DNA of 64,000 nucleotides from an uncultured delta proteobacterium (GTDB lineage: Bacteria > Myxococcota > Myxococcia > Myxococcales > Myxococcaceae): positions 192,001-256,000 of the forward strand of contig CAVQKE010000001.1 of the NCBI GenBank assembly GCA_963713045.1. Reading direction: 5' to 3'. Shown here in pieces: positions 1 through 10,534 of this stretch (position 1 is the first letter of the stretch; each line of letters begins with the position of its first letter). The notes under the pieces were generated by a model. It did no database searches and had not been told where the DNA came from. It saw only the letters and a program-made list of their open reading frames with translations. Both the position numbers and the translations under genes were made by a program.

Positions 1-1
1 T

Positions 2-3000
2 GGCTTCGCCTGGGATGCGCCTGCCTTCCCGCCTCCCTCGCAGACGCCACCTTCTCCCACCGCGCCCCCCAGCCCGAAGGTCCCGGCCCAAGCGGTGCCG
101 GCCGCCGCCGCCGCGGCAGTGGACCCACTTGAATTTGACCCGTCTGCGCCTCCCAACGAGGAGTTGGAGGCGGACTTGTCGGCGCCGCTTCCGCGCGCGC
201 CGCAGAAGGAGCCCGAGCCAGAGGACGGCCTGGAGATGCTGGGCTTCCTCGACGAGGCCGCCAAGGAGAGTAAGGGCAAGCGCGTCAAAGCGGCGCGCTT
301 CCACGTGAGGCGGCGCAGCGGAAAAATCTTCGGCCCCTTCGACGAGGGCGTCATCGCCAAAATGCTCGCCGACGGGCAGTTGCTCGGCAATGAGGACGTC
401 TCCACCGACCAGGAGACGTGGGTGCCCTTCGGGTCGGTGCCCGGGTTCGCCGCCATCATGCAGCGCCTCGTCGCACGGCCCGACGTCCCGGTGGCTCCCC
501 CGGGGACGGCCGCCGCGCCCAGCGAGCCCTCTTCTCCGGCGGACTTGGAGCGGCTGCGCCAGGTGTACGAGGGCCGGATGGCGGTGGTCAGCTCCATGGT
601 GGACAGCGACGCCGAGGGCGCGCGCCGCAAGGTGCTTCTGCGGCTGGGCATCGTCGCCGGTCTGGTCCTCCTGGTGTTGGGTGCCGGCGGAAGTCTCGCC
701 CTCACCCGCTTCGGGCCCTTTGGCGTCAAGTGGCTCTTTCCTCCCCACCTGAAGGCGGGCTCGCCCGAGGCCGTCAGCTTCGCCGCCGCCGAGAAGGCGA
801 TTGGGCAGGACAGCTATGCGGCATTGAAGGGGGCCAAAGTCCAGCTGGAGGGCCTCCTTTCCGGACAGGAAGTGGCCGAGGTGCGCGCCGCGTGGGTGCA
901 AGTCGTGTCCCGGCTGGAGCGGCAATACGCCAGCACCGTCGCCGGGGACGGCGCCCGGGTGGCAGCCGCCCTGGCCGGCCCGCTGGATAGCCTCGGCAAG
1001 CACGACGCCCGGCGCGTGAAGGCCCTCGCCAATGTGGCGCTCACCTCCCATCGGGCCGACGACGCACTGGCTGAACTCGCGCTGGCTGAAGGCAGCGACA
1101 GCGAAGTGGCGCTGCTGCGGGCCGAGGCCCTGCTGCAAAAAGGCCAGGCCCCAGCCGCAGTGGCAGCGTTGGAGCCGCTCTGCAAAACCACCCCCAGCGC
1201 CCGACTCTGCCACGCGCTGGGGACGGCCCTTCTGGCCAAGGGGGACGCGGCGGCGGCGGATGCGGCCTTTGTCCAGGCACTCGCCCTGGACAGCAAGCAC
1301 TTTCCCTCGGCCTTGGACCGCGCCAACCTCGCCTTGAAGAAGCGCAACGACGGCGCCCAGGCACTGGACCTTCTCGCTCACTTCCTCGAGCCAACCGCGC
1401 TGGCCAAGCTGGCTCCGGCCCAGCAGGCGCAGGCCCTCACCATCGAAGGCGTGGCGCTCTTGGAAACCGGAGACGCGGACCGCGGGCTGGAGGCCCTGGA
1501 GCGCGCGACGAAAGCCGACCCCTCCTCCGCCGTCGCCCGCGGGGCGCTGGCTCGCGCCTACCTCGCAAGACACGACTTGCAGAAGGCGCTGCCGCTCCTG
1601 TCCGAGGCAGTGCAGAAGGACCCTCTGAATCCAGCGCTGGCCGAGGCCCTGGTCAGCGCCCAGCTTGCCCTCGGGCTGCCGGCGGAGGCCCAGTTGGCGG
1701 TGACCGCGGCCCTGAGGCGAATGCCGGGCGACGCCAGGCTGTTGCTCCTGTCCGGCCAGGTGAATGAAACCCTCGACCGGCTGGGCGAGGCGGAGGCGCT
1801 CTACACCCAGGCACTGGCCGCCGACCCCAAAAACCCGGAGCCGTCCCTTGCCCTGGGGCGCTTCTTTCTCCGCTTCCGCCGCAACAGCGAGGCGCGGGCC
1901 CAGTTTGACGCGCTGGCCCAGCGCCTCCCCGACGACCCACGGGTGCTGGTGGGGCTGGGGGACTTGGCCATGGCCGACGGCGACGTGGCCAAGGCCCGCG
2001 TGCAGTACGAGAAGGCCACCGCGGCGGACCCCAAATTCGCCGCCGCCTGGCTCGGCCAGTCCAAGGTGGCCATTGAACAGCAGCGCTGGTCGGATGCGCG
2101 AAGCGACGCCGAGCGCGCACTCAAACTGGACGCCAACGTCCCCGACGGGCGGCTGCAGCGCGGCCTCGCCCTGTGGAAGCTGAAGGACTTGCCTGGCGCC
2201 TTGAAGGAAATGGAGGCCGGCCGCCCCAACTCCGGAAATTTGAAAGTCAACGTCGCGGTGGGCGCCGTGCTCGTCGACCAGGGCGACCTGGCGGGGGCCG
2301 AGGCGGCACTCAACCAGGCGCTGCGCGTCGAGCCGAGTAACCCCGAGGCCAACTTCTACATGGCGCAAGTGCATGCCGCGCGCCTGGAGTGGACCGGCGC
2401 CATCGAGAGCATGCGCGCCGCTTTGGACCGGGTCCCGCAGCGAGCCACGTACCACTATGAATTGGGGCGCATTTACCTCGGCGCCAAGAAGCTGCCCGAG
2501 GCCCTCGAGTCCTGGAAGATGGCGGTCAAGCTCAACCCCAAATACACCGACGCCTGGGTGGCCATCGGACAGGCCGAGCAGGAGGCCCAAGCGTACGAAG
2601 AGGCCATTGCCGCCTACGAGGGAGGCCTACAGTCGGACCCGTCGCGCACCGCCCTCCTGGTGGCGGTCGGCGACTGCTACGCGCAAACCAACCATTGGGC
2701 GGACGCGGCAGCCCGCTACCTGCAGGCGCTGAAAGCCGACCCGAGGCTACCGGGCCTCTACTACCGCCTGGCCCGCTGCTATGCGGAGCAGGGGGATGAG
2801 GCCCGCGCACTCCCTTACTACGTGAAGTCCACCGTGAGCGACCCGAGCAACGCGCTCGCCTTCTACCACCTCGGCTACGCCTACAAGGAGCGCGGGCGTC
2901 GCCGCGAGGCCATCGCCGCCTTCAAAGCGTTTCTACAAAAGAGTCCCAAAGCCAAGGAGCGCCAGGAAGTGGAGGACGAGATTCTGGACCTGCAGGGCGG

Positions 3001-3007
3001 GCACTGA
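2..3007 (+). CDS. GYF_2-domain, single-TM, TPR-repeat protein (5' end outside window)
   Basis: Frame open from position 2. Pro-rich linker, GYF_2-like [35 protein letters not shown], one TM helix, long TPR array. TGA overlaps the serS ATG (TGATG). Confidence 0.8.
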   Translation, partial: GFAWDAPAFPPPSQTPPSPTAPPSPKVPAQAVPAAAAAAVDPLEFDPSAPPNEELEADLSAPLPRAPQKEPEPEDGLEMLGFLDEAAKESKGKRVKAARFHVRRRSGKIFGPFDEGVIAKMLADGQLLGNEDVSTDQETWVPFGSVPGFAAIMQRLVARPDVPVAPPGTAAAPSEPSSPADLERLRQVYEGRMAVVSSMVDSDAEGARRKVLLRLGIVAGLVLLVLGAGGSLALTRFGPFGVKWLFPPHLKAGSPEAVSFAAAEKAIGQDSYAALKGAKVQLEGLLSGQEVAEVRAAWVQVVSRLERQYASTVAGDGARVAAALAGPLDSLGKHDARRVKALANVALTSHRADDALAELALAEGSDSEVALLRAEALLQKGQAPAAVAALEPLCKTTPSARLCHALGTALLAKGDAAAADAAFVQALALDSKHFPSALDRANLALKKRNDGAQALDLLAHFLEPTALAKLAPAQQAQALTIEGVALLETGDADRGLEALERATKADPSSAVARGALARAYLARHDLQKALPLLSEAVQKDPLNPALAEALVSAQLALGLPAEAQLAVTAALRRMPGDARLLLLSGQVNETLDRLGEAEALYTQALAADPKNPEPSLALGRFFLRFRRNSEARAQFDALAQRLPDDPRVLVGLGDLAMADGDVAKARVQYEKATAADPKFAAAWLGQSKVAIEQQRWSDARSDAERALKLDANVPDGRLQRGLALWKLKDLPGALKEMEAGRPNSGNLKVNVAVGAVLVDQGDLAGAEAALNQALRVEPSNPEANFYMAQVHAARLEWTGAIESMRAALDRVPQRATYHYELGRIYLGAKKLPEALESWKMAVKLNPKYTDAWVAIGQAEQEAQAYEEAIAAYEGGLQSDPSRTALLVAVGDCYAQTNHWADAAARYLQALKADPRLPGLYYRLARCYAEQGDEARALPYYVKSTVSDPSNALAFYHLGYAYKERGRRREAIAAFKAFLQKSPKAKERQEVEDEILDLQGGH

Positions 3008-4284
3008 TGCTCGACTTGCGGTTCGTCGCCGAGAACTTCGACGCGGTGGACGCACGACTGCGCACCCGCGGGGGGGCGTTGGACTGGGGGCCTTTCCAGC
3101 GGCTAGAGGGTGAGCGCCGGGCGCTCATCGTCTCGCGGGAAGCGCTCCAAGCGCGGCGCAACGCGGCCAACGAGGAGATGAAGCGGGCGGCGAAGGCGGC
3201 CCCGGCGGACTTCGAAGCGCTGCGCGAAGAAATGCGCGGGGTGAGCCAATCCATCAAAGAATTGGAGAAGCAGCAGGCGGCGGTGGAGGAGGCACTCCAA
3301 CGCATCCTCTTGGACGTCCCCAACCTCCCCGACGCCTCGGTGCCGGTCGGCGGTGGCCCGGAGGACAACCGGGAGGTCCGCCGCTGGGGGGAGCCGCCCC
3401 GCTTCCTCTTCGAGCCGCGCCAGCACTTTGAATTGGGGGAGGCCTTGGGCCTGTTGGACTTCGAGCGGGCGGCCAAGGTGTCCGGAGCGCGCTTCGCCTT
3501 CTATCGCGGCGCACTGGCACGGCTGGAGCGCGCGCTGGTGGCCTTCATGGTGGATGTGGCCAATGAGCGGGGCTACACTGAATTGCTTCCTCCCTACCTG
3601 GTGCTGCGCTCGGCCCTGGTGGGCACCGGGCAACTTCCCAAGTTCGAGCAGGACTTGTTTCGCGTCAGCAGCGGCGAGGAGCGCTTCCTCATCCCCACCG
3701 CGGAAGTCCCCGTCACCAACTACCACGCCGATGAAATACTGGACGGCGAGCGGCTCCCCTTGCGGTACGTCGCCTTCAGCCCCTGCTTTCGCGCCGAGGC
3801 CGGGGCCGCGGGCAAGGACACCCGGGGCCTCATCCGCCAGCACCAATTCCATAAGGTGGAGCTGGTGCACTTCGTCCGCCCAGAAACCAGCATGGCGGCT
3901 CTGGAGGCGATGGTGGACGCAGCCTGCGAGGTGCTGCGCCGGCTGGCGCTTCACCACCGGGTGGTGCTGCTGTGCACCGGGGACATGGGCTTCACCTCCG
4001 CCAAAACTTATGACGTCGAGGTGTGGCTGCCGGGACAGAATACCTTCCGGGAGATTTCTTCCTGCTCCAACTGCACCGACTTCCAAGCGCGGCGCGCGAA
4101 AATCCGCTTCCGCCCAGAGGCCGGCGCCAAGCCGCAGCCGGTGCACACCCTCAACGGCTCGGCCCTTGCGGTGGGACGGACGGTGGTGGCCTTGCTGGAG
4201 AATGGACAGCGCGAGGACGGCACGGTGGCGCTTCCCGAGGCGCTGTGGCCCTACCTGGGGGGCTTGAAGGAACTGCGGCACTGA
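3007..4284 (+). CDS. serS: Serine--tRNA ligase
   Basis: MLDLRFV start, N-terminal coiled coil, [46 protein letters not shown]. Confidence 0.98.
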   Translation: MLDLRFVAENFDAVDARLRTRGGALDWGPFQRLEGERRALIVSREALQARRNAANEEMKRAAKAAPADFEALREEMRGVSQSIKELEKQQAAVEEALQRILLDVPNLPDASVPVGGGPEDNREVRRWGEPPRFLFEPRQHFELGEALGLLDFERAAKVSGARFAFYRGALARLERALVAFMVDVANERGYTELLPPYLVLRSALVGTGQLPKFEQDLFRVSSGEERFLIPTAEVPVTNYHADEILDGERLPLRYVAFSPCFRAEAGAAGKDTRGLIRQHQFHKVELVHFVRPETSMAALEAMVDAACEVLRRLALHHRVVLLCTGDMGFTSAKTYDVEVWLPGQNTFREISSCSNCTDFQARRAKIRFRPEAGAKPQPVHTLNGSALAVGRTVVALLENGQREDGTVALPEALWPYLGGLKELRH

Positions 4285-4400
4285 GCGAGCGTCCAGCCCA
4301 GGGGGGGTGAAGGCGCAGGGCGAGGGTTGCAATGCCTTTGCAATACGGTAAGAAGGCGACCCTTTTTTGAAGGGATGGAAGGAGTCGCCGGTGCCGTCTT

Positions 4401-4487
4401 GGAGGAATGGCCGAGCGGCTGAAGGCAGCGGTCTTGAAAACCGCCAAGGGTGAAAGCCCTTCGTAGGTTCGAATCCTACTTCCTCCG
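4401..4487 (+). tRNA. tRNA-Ser(TGA), CCA not encoded
   Basis: GCGGT-CT TGA AA-ACCGC anticodon arm, long variable arm, GGTTCGAATCC, GGAGGAA/TTCCTCC acceptor stem. Confidence 0.95.
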
Positions 4488-4528
4488 TCGCAGTTCGTTC
4501 TTTGACATCGGTAGGTCTTGGTTCCTGT

Positions 4529-4618
4529 GGAGAGATGGCCGAGAGGCTGAAGGCACAGGTTTGCTAAACCTGCATACTCGAAAGGGTATCGAGGGTTCGA
4601 ATCCCTCTCTCTCCGCCA
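4529..4618 (+). tRNA. tRNA-Ser(GCT)
   Basis: CAGGT-TT GCT AA-ACCTG, long variable arm, T-loop, ends GCCA. Confidence 0.95.
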
Positions 4619-4630
4619 TACTTAAAAAAC

Positions 4631-4707
4631 GCGCCCTTAGCTCAGTTGGATAGAGCGTCGGACTACGAATCCGAAGGCCAGAGGTTCAAATCCTCTAGGG
4701 CGCGCCA
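4631..4707 (+). tRNA. tRNA-Arg(ACG)
   Basis: TCGGA-CT ACG AA-TCCGA, GCGCCCT/AGGGCGC acceptor stem, ends GCCA. Confidence 0.95.
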
Positions 4708-4727
4708 ATTCTTTTTGTTGAGAGCCT

Positions 4728-5216
4728 ATGCCGCTTCCCGTGACTCCGATGGACCTCCACTGGATGCAGCTGGCGCTGCGTCTGGCCGAGGAGGCGGGCC
4801 TCGATGCCGAGGTCCCGGTCGGCGCTGTCGCCGTCCACGAGGGACTGGAAGTGGGCCGGGGCCGCAATCGCCGGGAAAAGACGAATGACCCTTTTGCCCA
4901 TGCCGAGATGGAGGCGCTGTCGTCGGCGGTGCGGACTCTGGGCCGCTCGCGGCTCACCGGGGTGACGCTGTACGTGACGCTGGAGCCCTGCAGCATGTGC
5001 GCCGGAGCCATGCTTCTGGCACGCATCGACCGGCTCGTCTTTGGTGCGCCGAGCCCGAAGGCGGGAGCCGTCGGCGGCCTGCTGGACTTGACGGCCGCCA
5101 GCCACAATCACCGTTTCGCCCAGATGAGCGGTGTTGAGGAGCAGGCCTGTGCTGGGCTTTTGCGGAGATTTTTCGCCGAGCTCCGCGAGGCGCCCGAGGA
5201 CGAGGGAGGACGTTGA
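4728..5216 (+). CDS. tadA: tRNA adenosine(34) deaminase
   Basis: EVPVGAV, HAEMEA, TLEPCSMCAGA, ARIDRLVFGA; alternative ATG about 21 nt downstream. Confidence 0.93.
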   Translation: MPLPVTPMDLHWMQLALRLAEEAGLDAEVPVGAVAVHEGLEVGRGRNRREKTNDPFAHAEMEALSSAVRTLGRSRLTGVTLYVTLEPCSMCAGAMLLARIDRLVFGAPSPKAGAVGGLLDLTAASHNHRFAQMSGVEEQACAGLLRRFFAELREAPEDEGGR

Positions 5217-5303
5217 GGAGAGCTGGCCGAGTGGTCGAAGGCACCTGACTCGAAATCAGGCGTACCGGCAACGGTACCGTAGGTTCGAATCCTACGCTCT
5301 CCG
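5217..5303 (+). tRNA. tRNA-Ser(CGA), CCA not encoded
   Basis: CCTGA-CT CGA AA-TCAGG, long variable arm; begins at the base right after the tadA stop. Confidence 0.95.
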
Positions 5304-5380
5304 TCGCTTTTTTTGAGAAGGAGGTTGCCCGGGAACGCGAGGGGAATGGCTTCTCGCTCCAGCGGGGAAAGGCTTTTTGA

Positions 5381-5467
5381 GGAGAGGTGGCCGAGCGGCT
5401 GAAGGCGCACGCCTGGAACGCGTGTATACCTGAAAGGGTATCGAGGGTTCGAATCCCTCCCTCTCCG
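5381..5467 (+). tRNA. tRNA-Ser(GGA), CCA not encoded
   Basis: CACGC-CT GGA AC-GCGTG, long variable arm, GGTTCGAATCC. Confidence 0.95.
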
Positions 5468-5504
5468 ACTGGTACATCGAGGTCAGGCAGTCCAGCACTT
5501 TTGT

Positions 5505-5584
5505 GGCCGGGACGACGCGGGGACGTGAACCCCGCCAGGTCCGGAAGGAAGCAACGGTAGCGCACCACCGCGTGTGTCCCGGCC
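5505..5584 (+). ncRNA. ffs: Small SRP RNA (4.5S); ends approximate
   Basis: Domain IV motif CAGGTCCGGAAGGAAGCAACGG closed by a GGCCGGGAC/GTCCCGGCC stem; near dnaX as in many bacteria. Confidence 0.9.
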
Positions 5585-5633
5585 GTTCCCGTTGTTGACG
5601 CCCCCGCGGGTTCCCCGCCGGGGAAAGGTCGGC

Positions 5634-6773
5634 ATGCCGTCCGCTTCTGACGACGTCAGTCCGCGCAACCGACTGGCCGAGGTGGCCGGCGTCTTCCTGG
5701 GCTTGGGCGCCTCTGCCTTTGGCGGCCCGCTGGCTCACCTGGCCCTGATGCGCGAGAAGCTGGTGCAGGGCCGCGGCTGGGTGGACGAGCGCACCTTCGT
5801 CGACTTCCTCTCCTTGGCCAATCTCCTGCCGGGGCCCACCTCCACGGAAGTGGCGATGCAACTTGGGCGCGCCCGGGCCGGTCGGGCGGGCCTGGTGGTG
5901 GCTGGGGTGTGCTTCATCCTCCCGGCGGCACTGTTGGTGGCCGCCTTGGCGGCTCTCTACGTCCGCTTCGGCCTCCGTCCGGAGACGCAAGCCGTGCTGG
6001 TCTCGGTACAGCCGGTGGTGGTGGCGCTGGTGGCAACCGCCGTCGTGCCGCTGGCCCGCAGCACCCTGCGCACCCCTGGGCTGTGGGCCCTGTTTCTCGG
6101 CGCTCTGGCGGTTGCCCTTTTGGGCGTCCACCCCCTGGCCGTCCTGGCGGGCACCGGCCTGCTTTCTCTGCTTTTTCTTTCCCGAGGGCTGACACGCGCG
6201 GCGGTGGTTTTCCCGGCCGGTTGGCTCCTCGCCGCCACGCCCACCTCGGTCGGTCTCGGCCCGCTGTTTTTCGCCTTCCTTAAAATTGGCGCGGTGGTGT
6301 TGGGCAGTGGCTACGTGCTGGTGGCCTTCCTGCAGGCAGACTTGGTGGACCGACTGCACTGGCTCACTACCCCACAGCTGTTGGACGCGGTGGCGGTGGG
6401 CCAAGTGACACCGGGTCCCGTCTTCACCACGGCCACCTTCATTGGCTACCTGCTGCACGGGCCTTCGGGTGCGGCGGTGGCCACGCTGGCCGTCTTCCTG
6501 CCGGCCTTCCTCGGGGTGTGGCTGTCGGGCGGGCTGCTTTCGCGCCTTCGGGACAATCCTCGGGCTCGCTCCTTTCTGGACGGCGTCAACGCGGCGTCCC
6601 TGGCCCTGATGGTCCAGGTGACGCTCGTCCTCGGGCGCGCGGCGCTGGTGGACGTCCCCGCCCTGCTGCTGTGCGGGGCCGCCCTCGCCCTTTTGCTTCT
6701 GCTGAAGGCCAACGGCAGCTGGGTGGTCCTGGGTGCAGCCCTGGTGGGCCTGGTGCGGGCCCGCTTCGGCTAA
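5634..6773 (+). CDS. chrA: Chromate efflux transporter (CHR family)
   Basis: FGGPLAHLA, LPGPTSTE, LGSGYVLV, GQVTPGPVFT; ATG 5634 chosen because the upstream GTG lies inside the SRP RNA. Confidence 0.88.
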   Translation: MPSASDDVSPRNRLAEVAGVFLGLGASAFGGPLAHLALMREKLVQGRGWVDERTFVDFLSLANLLPGPTSTEVAMQLGRARAGRAGLVVAGVCFILPAALLVAALAALYVRFGLRPETQAVLVSVQPVVVALVATAVVPLARSTLRTPGLWALFLGALAVALLGVHPLAVLAGTGLLSLLFLSRGLTRAAVVFPAGWLLAATPTSVGLGPLFFAFLKIGAVVLGSGYVLVAFLQADLVDRLHWLTTPQLLDAVAVGQVTPGPVFTTATFIGYLLHGPSGAAVATLAVFLPAFLGVWLSGGLLSRLRDNPRARSFLDGVNAASLALMVQVTLVLGRAALVDVPALLLCGAALALLLLLKANGSWVVLGAALVGLVRARFG

Positions 6774-6795
6774 CGCCGCCTAAGCCCACCCCGCT

Positions 6796-8187
6796 TCAAC
6801 GGGCCAGCACCGTCTCTCGGCCCACCGTTGCCGTCACCCGGAAGCCAGCCGCTTGCAGCGCGTCCAATGCCCGCCCCTCGAAGGTAATGGCCCGGTTGAA
6901 GCGCCGGTCCGCCATGGCCTGGCGAAACGCAGGGTCGCGGGGCCAGTCGCACGTCAGCCACGCAATCGGCTTGCCGAGGTAAAAGAAGCCCCCGGCGCCC
7001 CACACCCCTTCATTCACGATGAGGAGGCCCGTCACTTCGGCTGGACGGGCAGCCCGCACCAGCGCACGGAATTCATCGCCGCGGGCGTCGACGGTGGTGG
7101 TTTGGCAGAGGAGGCTAGCGGCCAGCGCGAGTCCAGCCACCGCCAGGCCCACCGCCCGGGGCACGGCCTGCACCAGCCGTCCCAAGCTGGGCGCCGCTTC
7201 GAGGACGAGCAGCACCACCACGGGGTAGAGGAAGCGCTCTTCTTTGTGGGGCGTTGCCAACAGCGCCCCCAGCGCCACGCTGGCCATGGCCAAGGCCAGG
7301 CCCACCCGCGGCCGCCCGCTGGCCGGCCGCACCACCCCATATAGAAGGAGAGGCCACACCCACAGCGGGACGAAGCCCCACAGCAACGACAGGTAGAAGG
7401 CGCTTGGCTGGACGCCGAAGCTGCGCGCTGCGCCCCCGGACAGGACGTTGAAGTGCGTCCAGGCCACCAGGGAATGGAAGGGCGCGCCCCAGCTGAAGAA
7501 GTCCAACACCCCGAGGAGGACTGCGATGGCCGCCCCGCCAGCCACGCACCGGCCGAATTCGCGCCAGCGTCGGCGGACTGCGAGCCACGCCAAAGCGGCC
7601 AGGACGGCTGGAACCGAGCCATACCGGGCCACCACCGACAGGCCAAGCGCAATGCCCCCCCAGCCGGCGCGGACTTGTCCCGGTGGGCGGTCCAACGCGT
7701 CCACCGCCAGGACCAAGGTCGTGGCGGAGAGGGATTCGCTGAGTGTCCGGCCGGCGTAGGCCCACGCCATCGGCAAAAGCCCGACGGCCAACAGCGCTGT
7801 CCAGCCGGCCAAGCGCGACTGCCGACTTCCCAGCCGGAAGGCGGCCAACAGGGCAGCGGCATGCAGCAGCGCCAGCGGAAGGCCCACCAGGCCGCGCAGC
7901 GTCCAGGGGTCCTGCAGGGACAGCCACCCTGCGGCGCGGAAGAGCGCGGCCAGGCACAGGGGCACGGCCCAGTTGCGCAGGCCGGCGCGCCACTCCCAGG
8001 CCAAAACGCCGTAGCCGTGCACCTTATAGAAGGCCGGCTCGAGCGACTGGTACACCTCGTCCGGATGAAGCCGGCCCAGCTGGGCCACGGCCCAGACAGC
8101 CGGAAGGCCGCCCAGCGCCAGCGCGGCGAGCAGAGGCCCGCGCCCGCGGACAGGTGCCAACGCTCGGCGGGCAATCGAAGGAGACAA
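6796..8187 (-). CDS. Alg9/PigB-like membrane mannosyltransferase (GT-C fold)
   Basis: HPDEVYQSLEPA, AWEW..GLRNW, HKEERFLYP, many TM segments. Confidence 0.75.
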   Translation of the reverse strand: MSPSIARRALAPVRGRGPLLAALALGGLPAVWAVAQLGRLHPDEVYQSLEPAFYKVHGYGVLAWEWRAGLRNWAVPLCLAALFRAAGWLSLQDPWTLRGLVGLPLALLHAAALLAAFRLGSRQSRLAGWTALLAVGLLPMAWAYAGRTLSESLSATTLVLAVDALDRPPGQVRAGWGGIALGLSVVARYGSVPAVLAALAWLAVRRRWREFGRCVAGGAAIAVLLGVLDFFSWGAPFHSLVAWTHFNVLSGGAARSFGVQPSAFYLSLLWGFVPLWVWPLLLYGVVRPASGRPRVGLALAMASVALGALLATPHKEERFLYPVVVLLVLEAAPSLGRLVQAVPRAVGLAVAGLALAASLLCQTTTVDARGDEFRALVRAARPAEVTGLLIVNEGVWGAGGFFYLGKPIAWLTCDWPRDPAFRQAMADRRFNRAITFEGRALDALQAAGFRVTATVGRETVLAR

Positions 8188-8256
8188 GACGGTGCTGAGC
8201 GGGACTCTAGCCTGGGCGGCCAGGACAGAAAGAGGCTGTTATGGTGGGCTGCGTCG

Positions 8257-9465
8257 ATGAGTTACCTCGTCCTGGCTCGCAAGTGGCGCCCTCAAAGCTT
8301 CGAGGACATGACGGGCCAGGAGCACGTCGTCCGGACCGTGGCCAATGCCATTGCCCAGGACCGGGTGGCGCACGCCTACCTGTTTTGTGGCCCACGCGGC
8401 GTGGGGAAAACCACCGCCGCCCGGCTACTGGCCAAGGCACTCAACTGCGTCACCGGGCCAACCGCGACGCCGTGCGGGAAGTGCGCGCCATGCATGGAGA
8501 TTGCGGCCGGCACCAGCGTCGACGTGGCGGAGATTGACGGCGCGTCCAACAACGGCGTGGAGAATGTCCGCGAGATTCGCGAGAACGCCAAGTACCTGCC
8601 GCAGCGGGACCGCAACAAAATCTACATCATCGACGAAGTGCACATGCTCTCCGGCGCGGCCTTCAACGCGCTGCTCAAGACGCTGGAGGAGCCCCCGCCC
8701 CACGTGAAGTTTATTTTTGCCACCACCGAGCCGCACAAGCTGCCGGACACCATTCTCTCCCGCTGTCAGCGCCACAACTTCCGGCGGATTCCGGCGGCGC
8801 GGATGCTGGAGCGGCTGAAGCACATTGCCCAGGCAGAAAAGGCAGCCCTCTCCGACGGCGCGCTGGCCCTCATCGTCCGCCAGGCCGAAGGGGGGATGCG
8901 CGATGCCCTCTCCCTTTTGGACCAGGTGCTGTCGGCGGTGGGGCCTGGTGCCTCCGACGAGGCGGTGGCCGAAGCGCTGGGGGCCATCGACCGCACGCTG
9001 GTCCAGGCCTTCGCCCAGGCGTTGGTGCATCGCGACGCCCCGGCCCTGTTGCGCCTCGTCGAGGACAGCCACGTCAAGGGCGTGGACTTGAAGCGGCTGG
9101 CCGAGGAGGTGGCGCTGCAACTCCGTCACGTCCTGGTGACGCTGGCCACCGGCGCGGCTCCGGCCGAGCTGCCCGACGCCGAGCAGCAGGCGGTGGGCCA
9201 GCTGGCGGCCGAGGCGGACGCAGCGCAGCTGGCGCGTTTGTTTGACGTGGTGCACGGCGCCGTGTGGGACGTGGGGCGGGCCGCGCAGCCGCGGCTGGCG
9301 CTGGAAATGGCCCTGTTGAAGGCCGTCCAGCTGGCCCCCGCTGCGTCCATTCCGGAGTTGATTGCCCGGGTGGAAAAACTGGCCAACGCCGGAGGCCTGG
9401 AGCCTGCGCGCAAGCCCCAAGGAGCGCCTGGAGGTCGCTCCGCTCCGGCACCCTTTCGCGCCTAG
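8257..9465 (+). CDS. dnaX: DNA polymerase III gamma/tau, clamp-loader part (402 aa)
   Basis: MSYLVLARKWRPQ, GPRGVGKTT, Zn-binding Cys cluster, IIDEVHML, TILSRCQ. Confidence 0.97.
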   Translation: MSYLVLARKWRPQSFEDMTGQEHVVRTVANAIAQDRVAHAYLFCGPRGVGKTTAARLLAKALNCVTGPTATPCGKCAPCMEIAAGTSVDVAEIDGASNNGVENVREIRENAKYLPQRDRNKIYIIDEVHMLSGAAFNALLKTLEEPPPHVKFIFATTEPHKLPDTILSRCQRHNFRRIPAARMLERLKHIAQAEKAALSDGALALIVRQAEGGMRDALSLLDQVLSAVGPGASDEAVAEALGAIDRTLVQAFAQALVHRDAPALLRLVEDSHVKGVDLKRLAEEVALQLRHVLVTLATGAAPAELPDAEQQAVGQLAAEADAAQLARLFDVVHGAVWDVGRAAQPRLALEMALLKAVQLAPAASIPELIARVEKLANAGGLEPARKPQGAPGGRSAPAPFRA

Positions 9466-10177
9466 CCCCGCAGCACCGCTGCGCCCAGCGCCCGCCACCT
9501 CTCCTCCGCAGCGCGCGGCCGCACCCGTCCAACCGCCGCCTGCCACCGGCAGGCCGACGCCTTCGCCTGAAGCGGTGCCGTTGCCCAAAGCCTCCCCTCC
9601 CGCCGCTACTGCCGAAGCCGGGGCTGGCGAGCCCCGCCTCTTCTCCGAGGAGGCCCCACCGGCTGGGTGTGCTTCAGGGGAGTGCCTTCCCGACGCCGCG
9701 CCGTCCGCGCCCGTTTCCTCTCCCGCCACCGAAGAAGCCCAGTGGAGGGCGGCGGTGGAGGCGGTGCGGGCCACCTCGCCACGCCACGCGGCCTCGCTTG
9801 CCCAAGGGCGCCTGCTGGCGCTGCGGGCCGATGAAGTGGTGCTGGCCTACCGCCCCGAGGCCAGCTTCCACCGCACCACCGTCACCGGGCAAAGCGGACG
9901 GGTGGCGGTGGAACGGCTGTTGAGTCAGCACTTCGGGCGGCCGACGCGCATCCGCTTGGACGACGCGGCAGCGGCCACCGCGCCCAAAAGCCTAGCCGAG
10001 CAAGAGGCCGAGGCCCGTGCCGCCCGGGAATTGGCCACCGGCCAGACGGTGCGCGGTCACCCTGCCATTCGCGCGGCGCTGAGAATTCTCGGCGGCGAGC
10101 TGGAGCACATCCAGGTGCTGGAGCGCGAGCGCACCGGCGCGCCGGGGTCCGACGTCGTTGACGAGCCGCCGGGCTGA
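9458..10177 (+). CDS. DnaX tau-like Pro/Ala linker plus C-terminal domain, in the +1 frame relative to dnaX (true start unclear)
   Basis: Frame overlaps the dnaX end; low-complexity linker then WRAAVEAVR..PRHAASLAQG and HPAIRAALRILGGEL; lies between dnaX and ybaB. Confidence 0.7.
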   Translation, partial: APSPAAPLRPAPATSPPQRAAAPVQPPPATGRPTPSPEAVPLPKASPPAATAEAGAGEPRLFSEEAPPAGCASGECLPDAAPSAPVSSPATEEAQWRAAVEAVRATSPRHAASLAQGRLLALRADEVVLAYRPEASFHRTTVTGQSGRVAVERLLSQHFGRPTRIRLDDAAAATAPKSLAEQEAEARAARELATGQTVRGHPAIRAALRILGGELEHIQVLERERTGAPGSDVVDEPPG

Positions 10178-10213
10178 CATCCCGCCGCCCACCCCTTTTT
10201 GACGGAGAGAGAC

Positions 10214-10534
10214 ATGCCGGGAGTCGACTTAAATTACTTCATGCGCCAGGCCGCCAAGCTGACGGAGAAGATTGAGGCGCGGAAGAAGGAGCTGGCCGAG
10301 GAGACGCTGCAGGCACAGGCCGGGGACGGCCGAGTGGTGGTGGTGGTCAGTGGCCTTCAGGAGGTGCGCAGCATCACCCTCTCCAAGGAGGTGGTGGACC
10401 CGGCCGAGGTGGGGCTGTTGGAGGATTTGGTGACGGCGGCAGTGAATGCCGCGCTCGCCGCCAGCCGGACCCACATGCAAACGGAATTGGCCAAAGTGAG
10501 CGGCGGCGTCAGCCTGCCGGGGCTGGTCCCGTGA
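10214..10534 (+). CDS. ybaB: YbaB/EbfC nucleoid-associated protein
   Basis: AGDGRVVVVVSG, VVDPAEVGLLEDLVTAAVNAAL; dnaX-ybaB-recR order. Confidence 0.92.
   Translation: MPGVDLNYFMRQAAKLTEKIEARKKELAEETLQAQAGDGRVVVVVSGLQEVRSITLSKEVVDPAEVGLLEDLVTAAVNAALAASRTHMQTELAKVSGGVSLPGLVP

Noticed and set aside
5574..5633. Chromate transporter starting inside the SRP RNA
   Set aside because: Artefact of longest-ORF calling; ATG 5634 gives a normal N-terminus.
7453..8256. 268-aa N-terminal extension of DnaX
   Set aside because: Antisense to the mannosyltransferase gene; the canonical MSYLVLARKWRP start is at 8257.
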